Positions 1 through 11,030 of a stretch of DNA of 28,072 nt are shown here, one piece after another (the stretch's first letter is position 1; each line of letters begins with the position of its first letter). The notes beneath the pieces were generated by a model. The model ran no database searches. It was not told the origin of the DNA and worked only from the letters and a program-made list of their open reading frames with translations. Made by a program: the position numbers and the translations under genes. This stretch comes from Tubiluchus corallicola (Eukaryota; Animalia; Priapulida), in assembly GCA_030141605.1 (NCBI GenBank), contig JAQGDQ010001718.1, forward strand, positions 1 through 28,072, in the 5' to 3' direction.

Positions 1-47
<47 letters not shown>

Positions 48-135
48 GCTACTGCTACTGCTACTGCTACTGCTACTGCTACTGCTACTGCTACTGCTAC
101 TGCTACTACTGCTACTACTGCCACTACTACCACAA

Positions 136-232
<97 letters not shown>

Positions 233-324
233 CACTACCACTACCACTACCACTACCACTACCACTACCACTACCACTACCACTACCACTACCACAACCA
301 CTACCACTACCACTACCACTACCA

Positions 325-360
<36 letters not shown>
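1..360. repeat. Compound trinucleotide microsatellite (CTA/CTG/CCA)n
   Basis: Directly visible. Confidence 0.97.
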
Positions 361-405
361 TACAAAATTATTAGTAGTAGTATCATAAATAGTAGCATAG
401 TAGCA

Positions 406-553
406 AAGAACTAGTGGCGCGAATGTTAAATTGTGTTTGTAGGCTAATAATTGTTTCAAGTCGTATTTTTTAAATGGTATGTTTTCTTTCAATATTTTAA
501 AGAGTAGATTCTTTTGACCTGCAGCTTAAGTTTGGGGTCCGGTTTTGCTTTAA
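406..553 (+). repeat. About 150-bp dispersed repeat, second copy at 3171-3325
   Basis: aagaactagtggcgc..aaattgtgtttgt..aaagagtagatt.ttttga..gtcc.gttttgcttt occurs in both. Confidence 0.75.
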
Positions 554-1396
554 GATCAGAGGCAAAGCACCAAGGTTCAAGTGGCCGAAATTCTAGTTCT
601 GTGTAATTGTAAAACAATCACCAATTTACAGCTTCTACAAGAGAAAGAAAACAGAAAAACAGCAAAAAACAAAAGACCAGCAATTGTTTGCCTCAACAAC
701 AACAAAAGCATATATGTTTGTTGCTGACAGCTACGACTTAGTTGTGCAACAATTATGCTAACGACCCGACAGCTGTTAAAACACCGACTTAATTACTCGT
801 AATACGTTAACCTGTCATTGTTGTATCCTTCCGCAAGCTTAAGTACAGCAATTATCCGCTGGGTGTCGCATCAATCACAGCAACTGTTCTAATTACGTGT
901 CAAAATACAATTAGCTATTCTAGGTTGAAACAATTGTAAGTACAGCTTCTAGCCTCTAAATACTAAGTACTTTTATTAACGCTTACTTATCCACGATGGA
1001 GTCTTTTGGATGGGGGGGGGGGTTGAATTTGACTCGACATAAATTGTAACGAAAGCGTTCTCTCTCTTGGGCTTGAACTGCGCATGCGCTAAGGGGTAGG
1101 TACTGACACAGATTTTAAAAAGCCGCCTAAAAGAGGGTTTTCTTGGTCAAGAAGAATAGATCGATTCCATCCACGTCTCGCTTTCCACGTCCACCATTGC
1201 CAGCAAAAATTCCACACAGAATCCAGTGATATGGAGTTCCGGGCCACATAGAATCTATGACAGCTTCTTTGGTTTAGAGTGGAATAACTTTAAAAAACTT
1301 ACTTAATGATTACTGCCAACACTCCCTACTAAACGTAGTCTTAACACTAAAAACCTGTTTCTAAAACATAATCTAATTTTACTGGTATGCAAGGAC

Positions 1397-2155
1397 CAGT
1401 GGCGGCTCGTGTAGAGGCACTGTGGAACTACAGCGCCCCCTATTTTCACTTCACATTATCGATAATATTCAATACAACGTCTTTTTTCTTTAGTTCTTTC
1501 TTTGTACTTGTACGGAACCAGAGCACGTGAGGGTAGTACTGTTTGCTTCACAGCCCAGCACTGCGCGTTCACAGCTCAAGTAACGTGGTGTTTGGATGTT
1601 GTGCGCATGTCTAAGATAGGACGCCGCACTTTAGGTAGAAAGTGTACTGCAGCACCCCCTATTTTCACTCAATATTATCGATAATATTCAATATAATTAG
1701 TTTTTTTTCTTTAGTGCTTCCTTTGTACTTGTACGGAACCAGAGCACGTGAGGGTAGTACTGTTTGCTTCACAGCCCAGCACAGTGCGCTCCAGCAACAC
1801 GATGTTTGGCTGTTGTGTGCATGCGGCAATGCGCACATGTCTGAGCCCAGGTAGAGAAAGTACTGTCACTCACACAGTTTATTGTCAGTTGTTACGCGCT
1901 TACCGTGAATAGATCAAAATTGAACTGCGACAATTTAGGCCGTTAATAGTCGCATGCTCACATGTTTGAGCCCAGGTAGAGAAAGTACTGTCACTCACAC
2001 AGTTTGTTTGTAAGCAAAAAATATTTTTTTCGTGATTTTATGTAATTTGTGTGGAAATTCTCGTATTTTGTTTGTTTAAAATTACAATTACAACAAAGGC
2101 TCAAAATTTTCTGAAACAGCACCCCCCAGTAATTTTAGCTTAGAGCCGCCCCCTG
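1397..2155. mobile_element. Non-autonomous hAT-type MITE (759 bp), family A
   Basis: TIRs CAGTGGCGGCTC...GAGCCGCCCCCTG; perfect 8-bp TSD GCAAGGAC at 1389-1396 and 2156-2163; internal duplications. Confidence 0.9.
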
Positions 2156-2483
2156 GCAAGGACGTGATTTAGAATTTACGTAATCAAAGTGCGTGATCAG
2201 CTACATCGCGTGGAATTTATTTCTCAGTAAAAATTCACGCTGCAAGGTCATTGATAGTAACGTTGTTTTATGATTTGGTCAAATAAATTTAATATTTATA
2301 CATATTTTTATATATATTAATACATATATATATATTGTATATAGTCTATTATAATTGTCGTGTAACATTATAATATATATTTTGTTTTAAATTCCTATAA
2401 TCTCAAATTGTTTTGATTTATAGTGTACGTCACTTGTACATCCTATTGCTATTTTTCAGTCCTTCATTAAATTTTGTTCTACG

Positions 2484-2953
2484 TTAACTCTTTCATACCC
2501 GTTGTATCCCGTGGGATACGAGAATATTCTCTGCCTTTAAAATTAATAAAATTTTAAAACTGACAGTTATTTGATCTGTTAATAGTTATTTTGATTTAAG
2601 CCAATAACAATAGACTAAAAATGGTGATAAAATGGCAAACTAGAACATCTACATAGCATAAAAAACTGCGCAAGGTACAGTACTTTAGAGACGACTTAGT
2701 ACAGATCAGCATAGCGTACATACTAAATGTCTTAAATACTTTAAAAAATTATCAGCAGTTGCAAAATGAAGCACATTTTTTGCTTCCATTGAATCCCAAT
2801 GTATCCCGTGGGATACAGGCCATATTTAGCACGCGGGCACAGGTAGAAAAAAATTATTATTATGTGTAAACAAGATGGACATACTGAACAAAATTAATTA
2901 CCAAGCCAAAAAAATTCTCCTATTAAAAAAATAATTTGGGACTGAAAGATATT
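2484..2953. mobile_element. Possible piggyBac-like (TTAA) MITE relic
   Basis: ttaactcttttcataccc...gggactgaaagatatt imperfect ends; the near-palindromic GTATCCCGTGGGATAC occurs twice (about 2504, 2801). Confidence 0.4.
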
Positions 2954-3074
2954 CAGCGTGTTGTACTAGAACTAGGCAAATTTTAAGATAAAAATTCAAA
3001 TTTCAAATTTACCGTTGTGCTCGCGCATGAGTTGTCGAACGTGTGTAGATCGTCACAAATTTACATATGTTTAC
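2947..3074 (-). repeat. Dispersed repeat family B inverted partial copy
   Basis: Reverse complement of about 10186-10316. Confidence 0.75.
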
Positions 3075-3627
3075 TGAAAGGTACAGCACCTGTTTATTGC
3101 ACAATGTGTTTGCCAGATGCAGGCCGTGGTGCCCGTCTAGCTTTCGAATGATAAAATGCGTGTAACAGCGAAGAACTAGTGGCGCAAACGTGAAATTGTG
3201 TTTGTGTGGTAATAATTCTTTCACGTAAGTCATTTTTGAAAGAAATAGTATGTTTGCTTTCAGTATTTAAAAGAGTAGATTGTTTTGATCTACAGTTTAA
3301 GATTGAGTCCAGTTTTGCTTTTAACGTGCCGCCTACATTTTGCAATGTACCCCATATGAACGATGCTCAAAAGTGAAAAGGCGCCACCAAGCGGACTAAT
3401 GGTGACTATTGTAGTTGCACTACTTTCATACAGTAATTGTGGTTGTAATAACAACTTTTTAAAAACAGTTATGGTAGCGGTAGCGTATAAGTGTAATAGT
3501 TTTTGCGGAGAAAAAATGAAACAGTAAAAAAACGAAAGGATTAAGACTGAGAAAAAGAGAAGGGACGGGCTCAGAAAGGGCAGTGAAGAAATGTGTTCCG
3601 ATGTTTGAGGAGTTGCATTATTACAAT

Positions 3628-4080
<453 letters not shown>

Positions 4081-4239
4081 ACAGAACGAAAGAAAAACAG
4101 ATAGAACTAGAGACACTGAAAGTTAAAATAAGTCAGTCATTGAACGTGTTTCATTCATGTTTTGTTATTTTAGACACTTTCATTTTTCTTGTGGCAGCAT
4201 CTGTCGTTTATATCATGTTAAACTAACTTTTTCCAACAG

Positions 4240-4341
4240 CTGCTTCTCTGTGGAACTCTTCACTGCCATCATATCTCAGAAACGGCCAGCGCGAGAAGAC
4301 CTCGTTCTCGCTTACCGTGTTAACGCTTGTTAGCTAATTTG
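4240..4341 (+). other. Candidate non-coding 5'UTR exon of the TNFR-like gene
   Basis: Strong acceptor actaactttttccaacag (4222-4239), possible donor TTG|gtaaaa (4342), and a further acceptor ttgcag at 4643, 28 nt before the ATG. Confidence 0.3.
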
Positions 4342-4671
4342 GTAAAATTTCTCTCCACACTTTACAGCCATGACCCGGTGACGTCACGCCTTGTTTAGCC
4401 TTCATCAAGCTTTTGCTCACCTACATTCAAAATAATGACGGCGTGCTCACCAGCGTGGAAAATCCACTCATCTGTGCCTACAGCTATTGGTAACTTAACC
4501 TCATTCTACAGTAGAACTCTACCAGCTTGTACATGCAATTTTGTTTGTGTTTCAAAAAGTGAATTAGGACTGAAAAGGGTAACCTTATTTGTGATTCAAA
4601 TCACGACTTTTGTTAGAAAGAGCATCGGTGAATGTAGTTGCAGGATTGGAGGGATTTTTCCCAAACCAAAG

Positions 4672-5782
4672 ATGTTACGCGCGAAATTCGTTCTGTTGCT
4701 AGGAAGTCTCCTGTTTGGTGTCAGTGCGGCTCGTGTCTGTCCGAAGAATTTCTTTTTCGATGGACATATTCAAGCCTGCGTCCAGTGCGGACGTTGTCCA
4801 GAGGGTCAGAGTGTGATTAAGCCGTGCTGCGACTTTGCCGACGTCATCTGCGGCCAGGCTTGGGGGTACAGTTATTCAATGAGCAGTGCCAGCGATGGTC
4901 AACATACTCCAAAGATGTACCAGGACGTCAAGGTGTATGATTCGCGGAGCGGAATGATGGTGGAACAGGAGACCGGAGACAAACCCGCTCCGGGCCTGAT
5001 GACGAAGGTCTCCCAGATCTCTCGCGGAATCAACGCGGACAGATCCCGCATGGGAATGCCTCACATGCCGCGTATGGGGATGCCGCCGCCGGACATGTTC
5101 GGAAACGGGTTCCACATGCCAAACATAGACGACATGTTCCGCGTTGACCAAGAATCGCTCCGGGATCTGGCACGAGTATCTCCGCTTTTCAGAAGTCTGT
5201 TCCCTTACGACGTCGCCGAATACCCCGATTACACATGGGCCCTTGCCGGCGATGGTCTGCCCGAGTATCTGGACTTCCCCGAAGACTATGTCGATTACAC
5301 GGAAGTACCGGATCAAACCGAGTACGCAAGTGAGGATAAGCGCAAGGATGGACCTGATGATGCCAATGAGTTACCGGTGCAGAGCAAAGTCCTGCAGGTC
5401 GGTTTCGACGTCCCAATTGAGGACCGGCTAAGTCCAAATGCGCAGCTGGACATCGGCGAGGAGATGACCGTCGTCGAAAGCGACGATGATCTTCTGGCCT
5501 CGAAGAAACAAGAAGCGAGAGAAGAAGAAGAAACGCAAACGGAAGAAAAAATCGAACCGGATCAGGTCAACGAGGTCAGCGCAGAAGAACCAAAGCTAGC
5601 AGCTCAGATCCATGACGCCGAAGAAGTGGAAGTGGAGTACGCCGCGAGCGGATACTGGGATAACTTCAAGTGGGACGCGTACACCATAGCAACCGTGGCT
5701 GGCATCACAGCTTTTACTGTCATCACCTTAGCATTCATGACCTGCGTCTGCGTCAGGTACTGCAGAAGTACAAAGAAAGTTG
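4672..5782 (+). CDS. TNF-receptor-superfamily (Wengen-like) type I membrane protein, coding exon 1
   Basis: ATG at 4672 (aaagATG) opens the signal peptide MLRAKFVLLLGSLLFGVSAA. TNFR CRD CPKNFFFDGHIQACVQCGRCPEGQSVIKPCCDFADVICG (4738-4854), acidic stalk, TM IATVAGITAFTVITLAFMTCVCV (5686-5754), basic stop-transfer RYCRSTKK, strong donor G|GTAAGT at 5783. GC and codon usage rise at 4672, not at the track's 4435 start. Confidence 0.82.
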
Positions 5783-5834
5783 GTAAGTTTTGTGTTTCTG
5801 ACATTTCTATCCTCTGTTCCTGCTTATGACATCT

Positions 5835-5836
5835 AT

Positions 5837-5875
<39 letters not shown>

Positions 5876-6312
5876 TTAAATATGTCCACAATGATCATTA
5901 AAGCATTGTACATAAAAGTATTTAATAACATATTTATTAGTATGTGCACAAGATGCCAAGCCGCAAATGACCCGTGGGGTACTCAAGAAGTAATTACTTG
6001 TTTAGAGCACCCCAAATGAATGTGGACTGAGTGTAATAGAAAAGAGCAGTAAAGGAGTAGAAAGAAAGGTTAATAGAGAATAGAAAGAAGGAGAAAGATG
6101 TGATGGTATCTGTATGAAGTAACGTGAACTATAGAAATGTAAAAATTGACATAGCCAGCAACGCATGGATTCCGACAGGGTCAGCAGTGTAATTAATCAA
6201 ATTGATTTATTCTGTATAATTAGAAAAGATTTCACTTTTAAGATTTCTTTTGAAGTTACTTATAGAAAAAGTTTTTTTATGTATTCGTTGATGTTATTCC
6301 AAAGTCTAGGGC
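5835..6312 (-). mobile_element. CR1-like LINE 3' end (ORF2 C-terminus, 3'UTR stem-loop, (TAAA)n tail)
   Basis: Minus strand reads PRLWNNINEYIKK/(frameshift)FSISNFKRNLKSEIFSNYTE*; stem-loop at 5976-6013; (TAAA)n tail 5835-5877. Confidence 0.75.
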
Positions 6313-6504
6313 TTACATAAATGTCTCATTACATAACAGTAATACAATTAGAAGTTATTATTGTCATTATACATTATACTACAATGACATACATACAGCA
6401 AAACAACAACAAAATGCAACAGTACAAAACAAAGCTACTACATTGCAGCTATAGAGCCAAAAAATACACATAACAATTAACAATTTGATATACTTTTAGT
6501 ATTA

Positions 6505-7135
6505 TACTGTTCCCTCACTTATCGCGGGTGTTCCATTCCAGGCCCACCCGCGATAAGTGAATTTCCGCGAAGTAGGGACGCTATACTTATTTTACTAGTT
6601 ATACATTATTTTAAGTCTTTATAAACCCTCCCCACACTCTTATACATAACCCTTTCCCATTCCCTTAATAACTTTTCCCGTACTGTACATGACCTTTTAA
6701 AAAACTTTACTTAAATGTTCATAAAAATGTTCACAATCAACCAATCGTGTGTTGTGTACAATCTCACGTCGGCAAGTAGCATCTCAAGCGGGCGCAAGTA
6801 CTACATTTCGTTTTTGGTGTGTATTCATCCGCCGAATAAATACACTATTTACTGTAAATGGTAATTTTTTATGATTTATAATATTCTTTTAATGTTAGAA
6901 TTAATATTTTTAATATATTTTTATACATTTTGTGATTTTTTTATGCAAAATTCATCAAATCTATACATTACTGTACAATACGTACTACGCATGTGCAAAA
7001 ATACTTTAGACGGAGTACCGCAAAAACCCGCGAAACAGCGAAAGTACCGCGATAAATATTTTACATTAATATTTTTGAAAACCCGCGAAACAGCGAGTCC
7101 GCGATAAACAACCGCGAAGTAGCGAGAGAATATTG
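6505..7135. mobile_element. pogo/Tigger-like (Tc1-mariner) MITE in the TNFR-like intron
   Basis: Imperfect TIRs (ta)tactgttccctcacttatcgcgg...ccgcgaagtagcgagagaatattg(ta), TA flanks, and repeated subterminal CCGCGA motifs. Confidence 0.75.
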
Positions 7136-7296
7136 TAGAAACAGTTAGGGTATCATGAAAAGATAATAAATAATAATATCAATATTTACATGTTAGTATT
7201 ATTTACACCTTTTTTAAAATACTAAGTATGCGATGGGCGACTATTTTGGTTATATCTCATGTCAGTTCGAGCCAGATGTGTTCGATTGCGACGTAG

Positions 7297-7640
7297 TACA
7301 CACGTTCAAGAGCTCATGCGTGAACACAGCAGTGAACTTGAAATTTAAATTTTTAAACTTAATGTAAACGTACACGGGTTTCTGTACATCACGTTGAATA
7401 TCTTACGGTCTTACTGTACTTCAATTTTCACTTTCGCAAACTCGTGCAACACGCTCGTAGAATGTTTGTGCTGTTGAAAGTTATGTTCGTTTGTGATGTC
7501 ATCACTAGTTGGGCTCGCCCGTCGTTACTCTAGTTTTTAATCTATTATTTAATTATCGGAAACGCTTTTTGCAGTATTAATTGTGTTAAAATGTATACTT
7601 TTTATCGGACTTGAAAATGGAGTAGCGTCAGAAAATCGTC
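7297..7640 (+). repeat. Dispersed repeat family B copy
   Basis: Collinear with 10213-10565. Confidence 0.8.
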
Positions 7641-7819
7641 CTGTTTTCCTTTAAATTTTTAAACCTAATAGGCATTGATTTACGCAACTCACACTGGCAA
7701 CTGTATCTTTGGTGGCAATGGAAATGTTTTGCTTGAACAACTTTTCCAACCTTGAATAATAATCAATGTTTGCACCCTAGAAGAGCAAACCAGTCTAATC
7801 AAACTGACAGATTGCTGTG

Positions 7820-8626
7820 TTTTCCTGTTCTACATTTGAGTAGGTTGCATTGAAAATACAGTATCTTTTAGAGTTTTATCTGATGAATTTTTTGTTCCTG
7901 CTCCACATTTGAGTAGGTTGCATTGAAAATACAGCATCTTTTAGAGTTTTATCTAATGAATTTTTTATTCATGTTCTACATTTGAGTAGGTTGCATTGAA
8001 AATACAGCATCTTTTAGAGTTTTATCTGATGAATTTTTTATTCCTGCTCCACATTTGAGTAGGTTGCATTGAAAATACAGCATCTTTTAGAGTTTTATCT
8101 AGTGAATTTTTTATTCCTGCTCCACATTTGAGTAGGTTGCATTGAAAATACAGCATCTTTTAGAGTTTTATCTGATGAATTTTTTATTCGTGCTCCACAT
8201 TTGAGTAGGTTGCATTGAAAATACAGTATCTTTTAGAGTTTTATCTGATGAATTTTTTATTCATGCTCTACATTTGAGTAGGTTGTATTGAAAATACAGC
8301 ATCTTTTAGAGTTTTATCTAGTGAATTTTTTATTCCTGCTCCACATTTGAGTAGGTTGCATTGAAAATACAGCATCTTTTAGAGTTTTATCTGATGAATT
8401 TTTTATTCCTGCTCCACATTTGAGTAGGTTGCATTGAAAATACAGCATCTTTTAGAGTTTTATCTGATGAATTTTTTATTCCTGCTCCACATTTGAGTAG
8501 GTTGCATTGAAAATACAGCATCTTTTAGAGTTTTATCTGATGAATTTTTTATTCGTGTTCCACATTTGAGTAGGTTGCATTGAAAATACAGTATCTTTTA
8601 GAGTTTTATCTAATGAATTTCTTATT
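7820..8626. repeat. 73-bp minisatellite, about 11 copies
   Basis: Unit ccacatttgagtaggttgcattgaaaatacagcatcttttagagttttatctgatgaattttttattcctgct; period measured at 7861, 7934, 8007. Confidence 0.95.
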
Positions 8627-8630
8627 CTAG

Positions 8631-8746
8631 AATTTGAGCGTCCTGACAATGAAGTTGTGGTGGTGAAATCTATTTCTTCGCTAGTTGACACGCCTGTAAT
8701 GATGGCCAACAAAATGTCGTCATGTGATTTAAATCTTGGTACGTAG
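8631..8746 (+). CDS. TNFR-like gene coding exon 2 (cytoplasmic tail EFERPDNEVVVVKSISSLVDTPVMMANKMSSCDLNLGT*)
   Basis: ctaat branch-like motif plus tttcttattctag acceptor. Phase 1 matches the donor at 5783. Unique, coding-like sequence between repeats; TAG 8744-8746; ATTAAA/AATAAA at about 8822-8842. Confidence 0.65.
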
Positions 8747-8934
8747 AACAACTCACTTTATAATTTTATTTCAGACAAGAAAGTTCGTATAAAAAATACA
8801 ATATAATACAAAATCCGTGAAATTAAAATAGCCTTAAATAAATACCCTTAACTAAATAGTATTTGCTAATTACTAAAAATCAAGATTAAATTAACTGCAC
8901 ACAAACATGTATATACAAGTAAACGATTGTAGGA

Positions 8935-9525
8935 ATATAATATAATTATAAATATAATATAATATAATAATAATATAATAATATATAATAATATATATAT
9001 AATAATAATGTAATGTAATGTAATGTAATGTAGTGTAGTGTAGTGTAGTGTAGTGTAGTGTAGTGTAGTGTAGTGTAGGTGTAGGTGTAGGTGTAGTGTA
9101 GTGTAGTGTAGTGTAGTGTAGGTGTAGTGTGGTGTGGTGTGGTGTGGTGTGGTGTGGTGTGGTGTGGTGTGGTGTGGTGTGGTGTGGTGTGGTGTGGTGT
9201 AGGTGTAGGTGTAGTGTAGTGTAGTGTAGTGTAGTGTAGTATAATATAATATAATATAATATAATATAATATAATATAATATAATATAATATAATATAAT
9301 ATAATATAATATAATATAATATAATATAATATAATATAATATAATATAATATAGTATAATATAATATAATATAATATAGTGTAGTATAGTATAATATAGT
9401 ATAATATTTTATAGTATAGTATAGTGTAGTACAGTATAGTATGGTACGGTACGGTACGGTACGGTACGGCAGGCACGGCATGGCACAGCACAGTACAATA
9501 CAATATAATAATATAAATATAATTA
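8935..9525. repeat. Compound pentanucleotide microsatellite (ATAAT/GTAAT/GTAGT/GTGGT/GTACG...)
   Basis: Directly visible. Confidence 0.96.
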
Positions 9526-9818
9526 TATTTACATGTTTATCACTTAATGCACAATCAATAAACTTATTAATTTCATAAATTTATCCAGAAATTCATGTAA
9601 CAAATAAAAGACTCCATCAGCAAACTTTCACGTCCAACTCATAAAACACGTTTAGAAATTATATAACGCGTCCATATAATGTCGTTACTTATTTATTTAC
9701 ACAATATATTCGTACTCGTATAGAGTGCAATAAATACAGAAGCAAAACGACAAATGGTAAGAATTATAATAAACCAGTTCAAGATGTACGTGTTAGAGGG
9801 AAAAAATTGTTAATTTTG

Positions 9819-10185
9819 CAGTAGCTGCTTGTGTATGGGTACTGTGCAACTGCAGCACCCCCTATTTTCACTCGATAGTATCGATAATATTCGATATAAT
9901 AAGTCTTTTTTCTTTAGTTCTTTCTTTATGCTTGTACGGAACCAGAGCACGTGAGGGTAGTACTGTTAGTTTCACAGCCTAACACAGTGCACTCCAGCAA
10001 TGCGGTGTTTGGCTGTTGTGCGCATGCTGCGCAGGTAGAGAAAGTACTGTCACTCACACAGTTTGTCAAGCTTGAACTGCAGCAATTTGGGCTAGTAGTA
10101 AGGAAAAAAACCTTTTTGTTTAGGATTAATATATAAGCTTCCGTAGGTTTGTTTGTTTAAAATTACAATTACAACATTAAAATTT
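9819..10185 (+). mobile_element. Family A hAT MITE, degenerate truncated copy
   Basis: Shares cagcaccccctattttcact...gtacggaaccagagcacgtgagggtagtactg...gtagagaaagtactgtcactcacacagtt with 1397-2155; decayed left TIR cagtagctgctt. Confidence 0.8.
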
Positions 10186-10565
10186 GTAACGAGTTTGTTA
10201 GTTTGTGATGAACTACACACGTTCGACAGCTCATGCGTGAGCACAGCGTAATTTTTTGAAATTTGAATTTTTATCTTAAAACTTGCCTAGTTTTAGTACA
10301 ACACACTGGATATCTTACAATAGCACTGTACTTCAATTTTCGCTTTCGCAAACACGTGCAACACGCTCGTGGAATATTTTTGTTGTGGAAAACTATGTTA
10401 GTTTGTGACGTCATCAACTGTTACGCTCACCCGTCGTTAATTATGTTTTTAATCTAGTAATTAATTATCAGAAACGCTTTTGCAGTAATAATTGTGTTAA
10501 AATGTATACTTTTTATAGAATTTGAAATGAGGCAGAATATGAAAAATCATGTTGTCTTCCACTAA
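10186..10565 (+). repeat. Dispersed repeat family B (unclassified)
   Basis: acacacgttcgacagctcatgcgtg...ttcaattttcgctttcgcaaacacgtgcaacacgctc...ttgtgttaaaatgtatactttt recurs at 7297-7640, 12539-12720 and inverted at 2947-3074. Confidence 0.8.
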
Positions 10566-10805
10566 TTCTTCAACACGCAAAAAAATTTCAGCCATGACTT
10601 AAAAACTACTAAAACCATGAAATTGTAACTTTCACTGCCAAGAGTTGGTGCACTCTGTGAAATCTCTGGGGCACTTAAAAGATATATTAAAATTTTTACT
10701 ATTTAAAATACAAGTTACATTTCTACATTTTAGTGTAAACATGTCAACATATTTCTCCTGCAATTAGGGTCGGACTATAATCTTTCGAGGCTTCTAAGCT
10801 AACGA

Positions 10806-11030
<225 letters not shown>

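Noticed and set aside
560-1300. Promoter or first exon of the TNFR-like gene (several ACAAT sites, TGCGCATGCGC at about 1079)
   Set aside because: Plausible, but the motifs are short, the same GCGCATGCG occurs in local repeats, and no clear donor was found.
4435-4671. N-terminal 79-aa extension of the 464-aa ORF
   Set aside because: AT-rich and not coding-like. The signal peptide starts at ATG 4672 and there is an acceptor at 4643.
5783-5829. C-terminal CSCL as a CaaX prenylation motif
   Set aside because: Lies beyond a strong GTAAGT donor, so it is probably intronic read-through.
7820-8626. Tandem hammerhead ribozyme or C/D snoRNA array (CTGATGA and GAAA in most units), or a CRISPR array
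   Set aside because: Stems I-III cannot be formed next to the core motifs and there is no proper box C/terminal stem. Units are contiguous with no unique spacers, and the context is eukaryotic.
8891-9503. Tyr/Ile/His/Thr-rich ORFs
   Set aside because: Artefacts of the pentanucleotide microsatellite.
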